The translations under genes and the position numbers were made by a program. This document shows, piece by piece, positions 37,204-47,525 of a stretch of DNA of 64,000 nucleotides. Origin of the DNA: Erysipelotrichaceae bacterium (GTDB lineage Bacteria > Bacillota_I > Bacilli_A > RFN20 > CAG-826); NCBI GenBank assembly GCA_015059065.1, contig SVBE01000006.1, forward strand, positions 4,412 through 68,411. Reading direction: 5' to 3'. The notes under the pieces are model-generated. The model was not told the DNA's origin and did not search any database. It worked only from the letters and a program-made list of their open reading frames with translations. The first letter of the stretch is position 1, and every line of letters begins with the position of its first letter.

Positions 37204-38019
37204 TTATTTACCAATAATGGCTTTTGTTAGATCGTTTATCTCCTCGAGATTAACAGCTTCCACTTTGCCTTGGTCCACTAGTTTTGTATTGCTGGAGATG
37301 ATTGGTAATTTTCCAAGAACTTTGAAGTTCATCTGTTTTGCGAATTCATCGATATGAGAATCGCCAAACACTGGGATTTTCTTACCGCAATCTGGGCAGA
37401 GCACATATGACATATTCTCAACGACACCGAGGACATGAATATTCATCATCTCTGCCATCTTTAAGGCTTTTTTCACAATAAGTGAAACCAAGTCTTGTGG
37501 AGAAGTCACAATAATCAAATCATCAACTGGTAACATTTGGAATATTGTTAACGCGACATCACCTGTTCCTGGTGGCATATCGATCACTAAATAGTCCAAT
37601 TCTTCCCATAAAACATTCTCATAGAATTGTCTGACGAGATTACCGAGCAAAGGCCCTCTCCATACGATTGGATCATCTTCATTATCGAGAAGAAGATTCG
37701 CGGACATAATTTTGATCCCAGTCTTGCTTTCAATTGGATAGATGATACCATCTTCACCTTCACAAGGCCCTTTAACTCCAAAAGATTTAGGGATGCTTGG
37801 TCCAGTCACATCAGCGTCCATAATACCAACCTTATATCCTTTACGGGATAAAGAGGTCGCTAATAAGGAAGCGACAAATGATTTTCCAACACCGCCTTTG
37901 CCAGAGAGTACAGCAACGATTCTTTTAATGTGGGAACGGTCATTAAGAACCGCCTTTTCAATGCGAGATTCGCAGCCTTCTACTCCACAGCTTTCACAGT
38001 TATGATCACAATCAGCCAT
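37204..38019 (-). CDS. Mrp/ApbC/NBP35-family Fe-S cluster carrier ATPase
   Basis: N-terminal CxxC..C motif (CDHNCESCGVEGC), deviant Walker A GKGGVGKS, and CPDC motif in the C-terminal half. Confidence 0.85.
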   Translation of the reverse strand: MADCDHNCESCGVEGCESRIEKAVLNDRSHIKRIVAVLSGKGGVGKSFVASLLATSLSRKGYKVGIMDADVTGPSIPKSFGVKGPCEGEDGIIYPIESKTGIKIMSANLLLDNEDDPIVWRGPLLGNLVRQFYENVLWEELDYLVIDMPPGTGDVALTIFQMLPVDDLIIVTSPQDLVSLIVKKALKMAEMMNIHVLGVVENMSYVLCPDCGKKIPVFGDSHIDEFAKQMNFKVLGKLPIISSNTKLVDQGKVEAVNLEEINDLTKAIIGK

Positions 38020-38108
38020 TTTTCTCCTCCTTGATATGATACAAAAAATCTTCGAGGATTTATCCTCAAAGATAATCTTAATCTTTTAAAAAAGTATGTC
38101 AACCGATA

Positions 38109-38825
38109 TTAATGAAAGCTGTACATTAATATGCCACCAGCCACTGCGACATTTAACGAATTGATGTTTTCGATTGGAATTTTTACAAAGATATCAGCAA
38201 GCTCTTCACTCTTTTTGCTCACCCCATGTGCTTCATTGCCAAGAACTAAAACATATTTTTCTTCTAATTTCACTTCTTCAACATCAATAGATTCTTCTTT
38301 AAGTGTAGAAACAATAATTTGATAACTGTCTTTATAATTTTCTAAATCATCTTGAAAAACAGGGATGAGATAATTTGCTCCTTTACAGGCCGCTAACGCT
38401 TTCTCGTTATAGACAGAAACGCTATCAGAGGATGTCACCACTGCATCATAACCAAAGGCAAGAGCGGTCCTCGTTAGGGTGCCTAAATTACCTGGGTCAT
38501 TAATGGAATCTAAGAATAATATTTTATTATATTTGTCTTTTTTGAATGAAGGGACATTTGCGACAAAAACAATACCTTCAGGATTGACCGATGAGGAGAG
38601 CTTTTTCATCACTTCTTCATTAACGAGATATTGCGGAATATTTTCGTCGATTAATAAAGTATCATAAGTGTATACTTCTTGGACTAAACCAGCATGAAGA
38701 GCAAGCTCTAAAGATTTTCTTCCCTCTCCGATAAACTTGCCTTCTTTTTTACGGTTTTTGTTATCTTTTAAAGAGACGACATATTTAATCTTATCGTTGT
38801 TCTTGCTGGTAATAACTTTTATCAT
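38109..38825 (-). CDS. TrmH/SpoU-family RNA 2'-O-methyltransferase (RlmB-like)
   Basis: SPOUT motifs LFLDSINDPGNLGTLTRTALAFGYDAVV, LVLGNEAHGVS and NVAVAGGILMY; 238 aa. Confidence 0.8.
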   Translation of the reverse strand: MIKVITSKNNDKIKYVVSLKDNKNRKKEGKFIGEGRKSLELALHAGLVQEVYTYDTLLIDENIPQYLVNEEVMKKLSSSVNPEGIVFVANVPSFKKDKYNKILFLDSINDPGNLGTLTRTALAFGYDAVVTSSDSVSVYNEKALAACKGANYLIPVFQDDLENYKDSYQIIVSTLKEESIDVEEVKLEEKYVLVLGNEAHGVSKKSEELADIFVKIPIENINSLNVAVAGGILMYSFH

Positions 38826-39466
38826 TGGAACTCTCCTTTTCTTAGTTTTTTATGTAATTGTTTGTAATCTGGACAGAAATTATAGACAACTCTATAGAAA
38901 TTAGCGGAGTGATCAAAATAATAATCATGAGCTAATTCATGAACGATAATCGCATCGATTATTGGATAGGAATAACTATAGAGAGCTAAGGCAAAACAAA
39001 CCGTATTTGTCTTCTTGCTATTCGTCCCATATCTCGTCGACATATTTCTCACTCTGACAGTGTGTTCTTTGGTCTTCATTAATCGTTCATAATAACGTAC
39101 TCTTTCAGTGATAATATTCAAATACAATTTTCTAATTTTTTTATTAAATTCTTCTTTGTTTTTATATGCTAAAATTTCTCCATTTGAAAAAGTGAATTGT
39201 CCTTCTTCTGGAAAATAATATCGACTCCCAAAAAGATAGATGAAATCCTTTCCCACTGCTGGTGGTTTTTCTTTGGCAATTAATAAAGGCGCGTACTTAT
39301 CTTCTAATAATCCCACGATATGTTTATCGCTTACAGTATAAGGAGCAGAGATCATAAAAGTGCCATCGCGTAGACGAAACCTAATCGATTTATGTCGCAT
39401 CGATTTATGTTCAATGATGACGCGATATTCCTTATTGAGATATGTAATAGACAACAATTTTTGCAT
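38822..39466 (-). CDS. DUF45/YgjP-family (SprT-like) zinc metallopeptidase-fold protein
   Basis: HELAHDYYFDHSANFYRVV...CPDYKQLHKKL matches the HExxH...H signature of the YgjP/DUF45 family. Confidence 0.7.
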   Translation of the reverse strand: MQKLLSITYLNKEYRVIIEHKSMRHKSIRFRLRDGTFMISAPYTVSDKHIVGLLEDKYAPLLIAKEKPPAVGKDFIYLFGSRYYFPEEGQFTFSNGEILAYKNKEEFNKKIRKLYLNIITERVRYYERLMKTKEHTVRVRNMSTRYGTNSKKTNTVCFALALYSYSYPIIDAIIVHELAHDYYFDHSANFYRVVYNFCPDYKQLHKKLRKGEFQ

Positions 39467-39519
39467 GTGCCAATTATAACTTGATTAACTATATTTTTAA
39501 ATATAGAATGTCAATGTTT

Positions 39520-39951
39520 ATGGAAAAGATTTTAATATCAGCGTGCCTCGTCGGCGACAAATGCAAATATGATGGAAAAAGCAATTACACTCCATTAGTA
39601 AAAGAATTATTAGAGAAATACGAACTCGTCCCTTTCTGTCCTGAAGTCGAAGGCGGTTTATCTATCCCTCGCACTCCAAGCGAAAGAAAAGGTGATATAA
39701 TCATCAATCAAAACGGAAAAGATGTTACTAAATACTTTGAATTAGGGGCAGAAAAAGCCTATAACATCTGCATGTATCTTGGGATCAAAATCGCCATCCT
39801 CAAAGAAAATTCCCCATCCTGTGGAGTTAATACCATCTATGATGGTTCTTTCTCACATAAAACGATTAACGGTCAAGGATATACTGCCGAATATCTCTCT
39901 AAAAGAGGGATTAGAGTAATCAGTGAGAATGACATATCCTCACTTTTGTAA
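39520..39951 (+). CDS. DUF523-family protein (TudS-like putative Fe-S desulfidase)
   Basis: KILISACLVGDKCKYDG N-terminus and conserved Cys (SPSCG) typical of DUF523. Start taken at the internal Met MEKIL; the ORF track's longer version starts at 39481. Confidence 0.6.
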   Translation: MEKILISACLVGDKCKYDGKSNYTPLVKELLEKYELVPFCPEVEGGLSIPRTPSERKGDIIINQNGKDVTKYFELGAEKAYNICMYLGIKIAILKENSPSCGVNTIYDGSFSHKTINGQGYTAEYLSKRGIRVISENDISSLL

Positions 39952-40025
39952 AAAATATAAGCTTTTTGTCTTTATTTAAATAAGGCTACTTACTATAATT
40001 ACTTGCAGAAAGGATAATTTTAATT

Positions 40026-40517
40026 ATGAAAAAATATTTTTCATTATCAACATGCTTAGCAGTCTTAGCGCTCATCTTCGCGGGTGTTTGTTTCGGTTTG
40101 ATGTTCACAGACCAACTCTCTTACACTATCAAAATCCTTGGTGGTGAAGGTACTGCCACTCTCTCATTCAGTGACACATTCTTCGGTAAAGATGGTGTTA
40201 TCGCCGGATTCATCGGTTATTTACTCGTCTTAATCGGTGGTCTATTAGTCTGTGGGTCAGCCTTTATTGACTTAAAGAATAAGAATATGAAATTTTTCCT
40301 CTTCCTTTTCTTTGCAGTCATTCTCTTCGCTGGCAGCGCCTTAATCTTATTAGAGCCAGTTTTCTTCAACAATCAAAACGGTACAGGCAGCTGGAGCAGC
40401 AGCATTGTTTCTGGAAGCGGCTTTAGATTATCTACTTCAGCTCTCATCGCTGGTATCTTAGGATTAGCCTCTGGTGTGACTACTCTTGCCGCCGCATTAT
40501 ATAGTAGCAAGAAATAA
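40026..40517 (+). CDS. Integral membrane protein, unknown function (163 aa, ~4 TM)
   Basis: Hydrophobic profile with Gly/Ser-rich loops; no motifs recognised. Confidence 0.5.
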   Translation: MKKYFSLSTCLAVLALIFAGVCFGLMFTDQLSYTIKILGGEGTATLSFSDTFFGKDGVIAGFIGYLLVLIGGLLVCGSAFIDLKNKNMKFFLFLFFAVILFAGSALILLEPVFFNNQNGTGSWSSSIVSGSGFRLSTSALIAGILGLASGVTTLAAALYSSKK

Positions 40518-40534
40518 ATAGCTTCAGGAAACGT

Positions 40535-40568
40535 TAAAAAAGATTGGTTAAGTCCAATCTTTTTTTGT
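40535..40568. terminator. Bidirectional terminator hairpin (agattgg-ttaagt-ccaatct) between convergent genes
   Basis: Perfect 7-bp stem at 40541..40560 flanked by aaaaa upstream and ttttttt downstream. Confidence 0.6.
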
Positions 40569-40586
40569 TACCTTTAATACTAAGTA

Positions 40587-41114
40587 TTAATAATTCGTTT
40601 CTTGTCTATTATAATTAACGTTTAATTTTTTATAATATGCAAGTTCCGCATCATGGAATGAATAACCCATAATTGGAAGAATATTTAAGAAAGCGGAGAA
40701 TGCTTTGATATAAGGGATTTCTTCCTGCGTCTTTTTAAAATCTTCAATACGGGAATAAACGAGATGAATCTGCGATGTTAAATCGCGATTTGGATTAACG
40801 ACTTCATAATCGATTTTTGTCGTTTTGATATCGATCCCAAGGGAGAGGAAGAAATGCATGCCGTCCGCGAATTCATCGAGGACCACTTCTTTATCTTCCA
40901 TTCCTTTATTAGACCAATATTTGAAACAACGAGTGGTGTTTGCAAATTCACCGATTTCGACTAGAAGGGCTAAAATGCGACGAGAACGCGTCACTTCATA
41001 ATTCACTTTATGATTCTCGTGAATGGCGGCATCAAGTCGCGCTTGTGAATCAAAAAGCGGTCCTAAATGAGCGATCTCAGTATTTTCCATTTGCGTTTCT
41101 TTTAGAAAAGTCAT
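40587..41114 (-). CDS. Dimeric (all-alpha) dUTPase-family protein
   Basis: Motif LALLVEIGEFANTTRCFKYW plus acidic FADGMHFFLSLG resemble the dUTPase_2 family; 175 aa. Confidence 0.6.
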   Translation of the reverse strand: MTFLKETQMENTEIAHLGPLFDSQARLDAAIHENHKVNYEVTRSRRILALLVEIGEFANTTRCFKYWSNKGMEDKEVVLDEFADGMHFFLSLGIDIKTTKIDYEVVNPNRDLTSQIHLVYSRIEDFKKTQEEIPYIKAFSAFLNILPIMGYSFHDAELAYYKKLNVNYNRQETNY

Positions 41115-41115
41115 C

Positions 41116-43518
41116 TTATTTAACTTTCTCTAAGTGCCAAATCTCTTGAGCGTATTGTTCAATAGTACGGTCAGAAGAGAAGTAACCACTATTGGCGATG
41201 TTATATAAGGCCATCTTTTGCCAGTTCATCTTGTCTTGATAGAGTTCCATGACTTTTTCGTGGGCTTTGACATAGGAATCAAAATCAGCGAGGATGAAGT
41301 ATTCATCGCGACGATTCATGATCTCATCAAAGATCATTCTGAATCTATTTGGACTAGTTTGAGCCCATTCCGCATTGAACAGAGAATCCATGATGTTCTT
41401 CACTCTATAATCGGAGTTATAGACTTGCCATGGGTCATAAGTGCCGTTGCGTTTTGCCTCTTCCACTTCGTTTTCCTTTAAGCCGAAGATGACGCAGTTT
41501 TCTTTGCCTGCTAATTCAGCAATTTCAATATTCGCACCATCTAAAGTACCTAATGTAATCGCACCGTTCATCATGAACTTCATATTGGAAGTACCAGAAG
41601 CTTCTTTACCGGCTGTGGAGATTTGTTCGGAGACATCGGCAGCTGGAATGATGAGTTCAGCGAGAGAGACACCATAGTTTTCAATAAAGACGACCTTGAG
41701 GTATTTATTAGTCTCTTCATCGTTATTGACTAAAGCGGCAACCGCTAAAATGAGTTCGATAATCTTCTTGGCGTATTCATAGCTAGGAGCAGCTTTTGCA
41801 CCGAAGAAGAAAGTATGAGGATAGATTCTAAAAGAAGGATCTGTCTTCATTCTTTGATATAAATAGATGATATGGAAGATGTTCATGAGTTGACGTTTAT
41901 AAGCGTGTAAACGTTTGATTTGTACGTCAAAGATGGAATTGACATCAACATCAATCTTATAATTTTCCTTCACAAAAGCGGCAAGTTTCTTCTTGTTTTC
42001 AAGTTTGATGTTATCCATCTCTTTGAGCACAGCCTTGTCGTTAGCGAATTTTTCAAAATCTTTGATTTTGGACATGTCTTTAATCCAAGCATCACCGATT
42101 TTGCTTGTGATAAGCTCAGTGAGTTTTGGATTAGCGTTAACAAGCCATCTTCTATGAGTGACGCCATTAGTCTTGTTATTAAATTTTTGTGGCATATAAG
42201 CATAGAATTCTTTAAATGTCATTCTTTTTAAGATCTCTGTATGAAGTGCCGCAACACCGTTGACGGAGAAACAAGTATAGATGGCTAAATTAGTCATATG
42301 GATTTGACCATCTTTAATGATGTTCATCGCAATTCTATCAACTTCGTTGACACCTTTCGCATTCATCTCTAAATTGAAACGACGATTGATTTCTTCGATG
42401 ATCATATAACAACGTGGAATGAGCATTTGCACATATCTGCATGGCCATTTTTCTAATGCTTCAGGCATGACTGTGTGGTTAGTATAAGCCATACACTGTG
42501 TCACTTCTTTCCAAGCATCATCCCATTCCATATTGTATTCATCGAGCATCACTCTCATCATTTCTGGAATGGCTAAGATTGGGTGGGTATCATTGAGTTG
42601 GAAGACATAGTCATTATGAATGCCCACTAATGTGTTGTTATGACGGAAATAGCTTCTTAAAGTGGATTGAATACCAGAAGAAACTAAGAAATATTGTTGT
42701 CTAAGTCTTAAGATACGACCTTCTTCAGTAGAATCATCTGGGTATAAGCCGTGGCATAGTTCCTTTAAAGCTGTTAAATAATCTTGGAAGGAAATACTCT
42801 TTGGTAAATGATGGCTACTTGGTTCAGCAGACCAGAGTCTGAGGACATTAGTTAAGCCATTACGATAACCGACGACTGGGATATCATATGGGACTGCACG
42901 AATGCAAATAGCATTCGCCGTCTTAATGCCGTAACTTCCATCAGGTTTGAGATAAGTTTCAGGATTACCGTAGAATTTGACTTCTTCGGCATATTTTGGT
43001 TTCTTGACTTCCCAGACGTTACCATTAGTGAGCCATTGATCAGGAAGTTCTGTTTGTTTGCCTTTGACGAATTTTTGACGGAAGAAACCGTATTCATAAC
43101 GGATACAGTTACCGTGACCGATATAGCCAAGGGAGGCAATAGAATCTAAGAAACAGGCGGCTAATCTACCAAGACCACCATTGCCTAAACCAGCGTCGCT
43201 TTCCACTTCTTCTAAAGCGTGGATGTCGAGTCCTAATTCATCTAATCCTTGTTTTGCAACTTGATAGATGCCTCTATTTTGCATGTTGTTGACGAGCAAT
43301 CTACCAATCAAGAACTCCATTGAGAAATAGATCAATGTACGGTGATGCTTAACTGAGTTATCATGGCTCTTCATGAAGTCCATGTTGCAGTAGTCTCTCA
43401 CCATTTCACCTAAAATGGTATATTGTTCAATGACATGAGAATTATCAATTCTCGTACCATATCTTTCTAACATTCTTCTTTGGAATTCTCTCTTAAAATT
43501 GTCTTTGTTTTCGAACAT
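41116..43518 (-). CDS. glgP: Glycogen/alpha-glucan phosphorylase
   Basis: Pyridoxal-phosphate lysine region EASGTSNMKFMMNG (phosphorylase signature); 800 aa. Confidence 0.95.
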   Translation of the reverse strand: MFENKDNFKREFQRRMLERYGTRIDNSHVIEQYTILGEMVRDYCNMDFMKSHDNSVKHHRTLIYFSMEFLIGRLLVNNMQNRGIYQVAKQGLDELGLDIHALEEVESDAGLGNGGLGRLAACFLDSIASLGYIGHGNCIRYEYGFFRQKFVKGKQTELPDQWLTNGNVWEVKKPKYAEEVKFYGNPETYLKPDGSYGIKTANAICIRAVPYDIPVVGYRNGLTNVLRLWSAEPSSHHLPKSISFQDYLTALKELCHGLYPDDSTEEGRILRLRQQYFLVSSGIQSTLRSYFRHNNTLVGIHNDYVFQLNDTHPILAIPEMMRVMLDEYNMEWDDAWKEVTQCMAYTNHTVMPEALEKWPCRYVQMLIPRCYMIIEEINRRFNLEMNAKGVNEVDRIAMNIIKDGQIHMTNLAIYTCFSVNGVAALHTEILKRMTFKEFYAYMPQKFNNKTNGVTHRRWLVNANPKLTELITSKIGDAWIKDMSKIKDFEKFANDKAVLKEMDNIKLENKKKLAAFVKENYKIDVDVNSIFDVQIKRLHAYKRQLMNIFHIIYLYQRMKTDPSFRIYPHTFFFGAKAAPSYEYAKKIIELILAVAALVNNDEETNKYLKVVFIENYGVSLAELIIPAADVSEQISTAGKEASGTSNMKFMMNGAITLGTLDGANIEIAELAGKENCVIFGLKENEVEEAKRNGTYDPWQVYNSDYRVKNIMDSLFNAEWAQTSPNRFRMIFDEIMNRRDEYFILADFDSYVKAHEKVMELYQDKMNWQKMALYNIANSGYFSSDRTIEQYAQEIWHLEKVK

Positions 43519-43566
43519 AGTAAACTCCTTTTTGATACATATTATATAGATTTATGATATATAAAA

Positions 43567-45450
43567 CTATTTAGATTTCTTCTCTTTTTCTTTTTTTGCT
43601 GGTTCTGGTTTTACACGTCTAAAGAAACACGCCGCGAATGAACCGAGTTTGATGCAGATGCGGTGTGGCTTTTCCCAATCATCGACTGGATAGGAATCAA
43701 GTGGTAAGCCGTTATATTGATTCCAACCACCATAAATATCTTTATCAGAGTTGAAGATTTCCTCATATTTACCAGCTTCGAATAGAGGAATTTCATAATA
43801 TTCGTAATAATTTGGTGTCATGTTGTAGACGAAGACCATGATTTCATCATCGACTTGTCTTTGGAAGGCGAAGACAGATTGATCAGCGTTATCAACAATT
43901 AACCAACGGAAGTGGATTGGATTGTGTTCTTCGAAATACATTGGTCTTTCATGTTGATAGATGAAGTTGAGGTCCTTCATACAACGGGTGACACTATCGT
44001 GTTTTGGATAGGCTTTGAGTTCCCATGGACAGGATTTTTGTTCATTCCATTCATCAAAGCTTGCAAGTTCGTTACCCATGAAGTTGAGCTTCTTGCCTGG
44101 GTGACCAAATTGATAAGCATATAAGTTACGTAATAAAGCAAACTTATTATCATAATCGCCCCATAACTTGTTGATGATGGTACCTTTACCATGCACGACT
44201 TCGTCGTGTGAAAGAGGTAACATGAAGTTATCGGCATAGAAATAAGCCATGGAGAATGTGAGTTTGTTATGCTCATATCTCTTATAAATTGGATCTTTTG
44301 AATAATATTTGAGAGTATCATTCATCCAACCTAAGTCCCACTTATAATCGAAGCCAAGACCACCGTATTCGATTGGTCTAGTAGTTCCGGAATAAGCTGT
44401 GGAATCTTCCGCGATCATCATAATGGAATCGTGAGCGATATGTAATTTCGCATTGAGTCTCTTAATGAATTCAATAGCGCCACTATTTTCGCCGATTGAA
44501 CAATCGCCGTTATAGTAGATGATGTTACTAACCGCATCGACACGAATACCATCAAAGTGGAAATAGTCGAGGAAATAATTCATCGCGGACATGAGGAAGC
44601 TTCTCACAGGATCTTTACCTAAATCGAATTGGTATGAACCCCAAGGAGAAACTCTCCATTCATTATCATATTCATATAAGCAAGAACCATCGTATTTCTT
44701 TAAGCCCCACTCGTCAGTGGCAAAATGCACTGGAGCGAAATCTAAGATAACGCCGATTCCCGCTTGGTGTAATCTATCGACTAAACTCATTAATTGGAAA
44801 GGATTTCCGAATCTTGAGTCAACAGCGAAGAAACCTGTGCCTTGATATCCCCAAGAACCATCGAATGGATATTGAGTGATTGGCATCATTTCAATATGGG
44901 TGAATCCCATGCCTTTTAAATATGGGACTAACTCATCAGCGATTTCTTCATATGATCTTCTATGACCATCAGCGGCTCTGCCATACCAGGAGCCGATGTG
45001 CATCTCATAGATAGACATTGGTTTATCAAAGTTGCGAGTTCTACTCTTGAGCCATGGATCATCATGCCAAGCAAAGTTTCTGTTGTCGAATAAACGGGAA
45101 CAAGTGCCTGGAGCAACTTCTGCATAAAATGCAAATGGGTCGATTTTGTCGACATAATGTCCACGTGCATCTCTAAAATGGTATTTATATGATTGATAGT
45201 TTTGTAATCCTGGGATAAAGATTTCCCAAACACCACAGTCATCAACCTTGTGCATCTTATGGGCACCGACGTCCCAGAAGTTCCATTCACCGATGACGCT
45301 CACGTCGTCCGCTAAAGGCGCGTATAATCTAAAAACGACACCAGGGACATTTTTCTTATCGATTTTTTGCTCTGTAAAATGAGCACCAAAATATTGATAG
45401 GCATCGATACATTGACCCATCAAATAGTCGTATAACAATCCAAAAGCCAT
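43567..45450 (-). CDS. glgB: 1,4-alpha-glucan branching enzyme
   Basis: GH13 catalytic regions (GFHFDGIRVDAVS, catalytic Glu in MIAEDSTAY, HDEVVHGK) with N-terminal CBM48; 627 aa. Confidence 0.9.
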   Translation of the reverse strand: MAFGLLYDYLMGQCIDAYQYFGAHFTEQKIDKKNVPGVVFRLYAPLADDVSVIGEWNFWDVGAHKMHKVDDCGVWEIFIPGLQNYQSYKYHFRDARGHYVDKIDPFAFYAEVAPGTCSRLFDNRNFAWHDDPWLKSRTRNFDKPMSIYEMHIGSWYGRAADGHRRSYEEIADELVPYLKGMGFTHIEMMPITQYPFDGSWGYQGTGFFAVDSRFGNPFQLMSLVDRLHQAGIGVILDFAPVHFATDEWGLKKYDGSCLYEYDNEWRVSPWGSYQFDLGKDPVRSFLMSAMNYFLDYFHFDGIRVDAVSNIIYYNGDCSIGENSGAIEFIKRLNAKLHIAHDSIMMIAEDSTAYSGTTRPIEYGGLGFDYKWDLGWMNDTLKYYSKDPIYKRYEHNKLTFSMAYFYADNFMLPLSHDEVVHGKGTIINKLWGDYDNKFALLRNLYAYQFGHPGKKLNFMGNELASFDEWNEQKSCPWELKAYPKHDSVTRCMKDLNFIYQHERPMYFEEHNPIHFRWLIVDNADQSVFAFQRQVDDEIMVFVYNMTPNYYEYYEIPLFEAGKYEEIFNSDKDIYGGWNQYNGLPLDSYPVDDWEKPHRICIKLGSFAACFFRRVKPEPAKKEKEKKSK

Positions 45451-45622
45451 AGCTTTTTTCCTCCACTTACTTTAATTGTAAACATAAACCCCCTTTCTTT
45501 GAAAGAAAAACTATAAGAATTAGTAAAAAACTATAAAGAAAAAGGACCTCAACGTCCCTCACTTTTATCGATTCAATGATGTATTTAACCTATTTTTACT
45601 AAAATATGCCTTATATTATTGC

Positions 45623-46105
45623 TTATCTTTTTCTGCGGAGAACACCTTTTGAATCAAAGAATTCTGTTAAACCACTTACCTTGCTTATTGGTAAAGCATC
45701 CATGTTATGTAGACGGATGATAACGTAGTTTTTAAGTTCCCAATATCCATAGATGTCTTCATATTTGATTTTTGCATCTTGGAATTTCTCACCGTTACGG
45801 AAAGCTTGTAAAGTAAGATTCCTATCGAAAAATTCATAAGTGGCTTCATAGCCATTTTCTTTATATATGCGTATGCGTTTAAGTAATCCTATTTCTAGTA
45901 TAATAGAAACACCCACTAACATTCCTCCTAAACCTAATAGGATAACATAGAGGATCTTGCTATAATCACCATCTAAATAAGAGAATAGGAAATACATTCC
46001 GATACAGATAAGACCAAAGAAGAACGCTCCAATAGCGAGAATCTGGTTCTTCATCGATAATTCTTTCGCGGTCTTTTCATTGACGATAGTCGTTATTTTT
46101 TCCAT
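45623..46105 (-). CDS. Membrane protein with bacterial PH-like (bPH_2/YdbS-like) domain
   Basis: Two TM helices followed by ~90-aa beta-rich domain; typical YdbS/YdbT topology; 160 aa. Confidence 0.45.
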   Translation of the reverse strand: MEKITTIVNEKTAKELSMKNQILAIGAFFFGLICIGMYFLFSYLDGDYSKILYVILLGLGGMLVGVSIILEIGLLKRIRIYKENGYEATYEFFDRNLTLQAFRNGEKFQDAKIKYEDIYGYWELKNYVIIRLHNMDALPISKVSGLTEFFDSKGVLRRKR

Positions 46106-46313
46106 AGGTATATCATACCACTATAAAGGTTAATAAGGTAGAGTGATTATCCAATTATATAAATAACCTACTATTTTAAATATTTTGGTTTTTAAAACAA
46201 TATATAAATTCCTCCGTTTGTCTATTGTTTTTCTTATCCTTTACTTTAAATAAATATTTAAAAAAGCCTATAAATCATATAATATATTATGGAGTCAAAT
46301 AAGGAGATATTTT

Positions 46314-47525
46314 ATGGCAAAAGTAATGACAATCAATTCAGGTTCATCTTCATTAAAATTTAAACTTTATGAAATGCCTGAAGAAAAAGTAATTTGCAGT
46401 GGTAACTGTGAAAGAATCGGAAATGCAGACGGCATCTTCACTATTAAATATGGTGATAAGAAAGATGTCACTTATCCTGTCTTCCCAGATCATGCAGCCG
46501 CTGCGCAAACTCTATTAGATGCTTTGGTGGAAAAAGGCATCATCAAATCATTCGATGAAATCAAAGCAATTGGTCACCGTATCGTTCAAGGTGGTAAATA
46601 CTTCTCACATTCTGAGATGTTTAACAAGGATACAGAAGAAAAGATTCGTTCTTTAATTCCACTAGCCCCACTTCACAATGCGGCCCACTTAACATGCTTC
46701 CAAGCTTTCAAGAATGTCATTCCTGATTGTCCAGCAATTGCCACATTCGATACAGCGTTCCACCAAACAATGGAACCAGAAGATTATACATTCCCAATTC
46801 CATATGAATTGACTGAGAAATACGACATTCGTCGTTATGGTGCGCATGGCACTAGCCACCAATACCTCTCTCAAGAAGGTTTGAAATATCTTGAAGGCGT
46901 TAAACACCCACGCATCATCTCGTGTCATATCGGTTCAGGCAGTTCCATCACTGCCATTAAAGACGGCAAATGTGTCGCCACATCTATGGGACTTACACCT
47001 TTAGGTGGTATCATGATGGGCACCCGTACTGGTGATATGGATCCATCCGTGTTCAACTATGTAGTCTCCGTCACTGGTAAATCCGCTGAAGAAGTCTATC
47101 AAATGTTCAACAAGAAATCCGGATTCTTAGGTGTTTCAGGTATTTCTAACGACTCTCGTGATGTTCTCGCCGCTGTGGAAAAAGGTGATGAACACGCCAT
47201 TTTAGCCAATAACTTATTCAATAGAAGAATCGCCGATTACATCGGTCAATACTATGTCCGTTTAGGTGGATGTGATTTAATCATCTTCTCCGCTGGTATT
47301 GGAGAAAATGAACCACGCACAAGAGCCTCTGTCGGAGAATTATTAAAAGAAGCGTTAGGTGTGGAAATCGATAACGAAGTTAACAAGAACTTAAGAGGTA
47401 AAGAAGGCCTTATCTCCACTCCAAACAGCAAGATCAAAGTCGTCGTCATCCCAACTGATGAAGAAGTGATGATTGCCCGCGATGCTTATGATTTATGCAT
47501 CGTTCAAGGAAAGAAATCTAACTAA
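46314..47525 (+). CDS. ackA: Acetate kinase
   Basis: VMTINSGSSSLKFKLYEM N-terminus, HLGNG-like (HIGSGSS) and ASKHP-family motifs; 403 aa. Confidence 0.95.
   Translation: MAKVMTINSGSSSLKFKLYEMPEEKVICSGNCERIGNADGIFTIKYGDKKDVTYPVFPDHAAAAQTLLDALVEKGIIKSFDEIKAIGHRIVQGGKYFSHSEMFNKDTEEKIRSLIPLAPLHNAAHLTCFQAFKNVIPDCPAIATFDTAFHQTMEPEDYTFPIPYELTEKYDIRRYGAHGTSHQYLSQEGLKYLEGVKHPRIISCHIGSGSSITAIKDGKCVATSMGLTPLGGIMMGTRTGDMDPSVFNYVVSVTGKSAEEVYQMFNKKSGFLGVSGISNDSRDVLAAVEKGDEHAILANNLFNRRIADYIGQYYVRLGGCDLIIFSAGIGENEPRTRASVGELLKEALGVEIDNEVNKNLRGKEGLISTPNSKIKVVVIPTDEEVMIARDAYDLCIVQGKKSN

Noticed and set aside
41116-45450. glgB-glgP without glgC/glgD/glgA considered as an incomplete or unusual glycogen operon
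   Set aside because: The window covers only part of the locus, and the missing genes may lie elsewhere; nothing can be concluded from this window alone.
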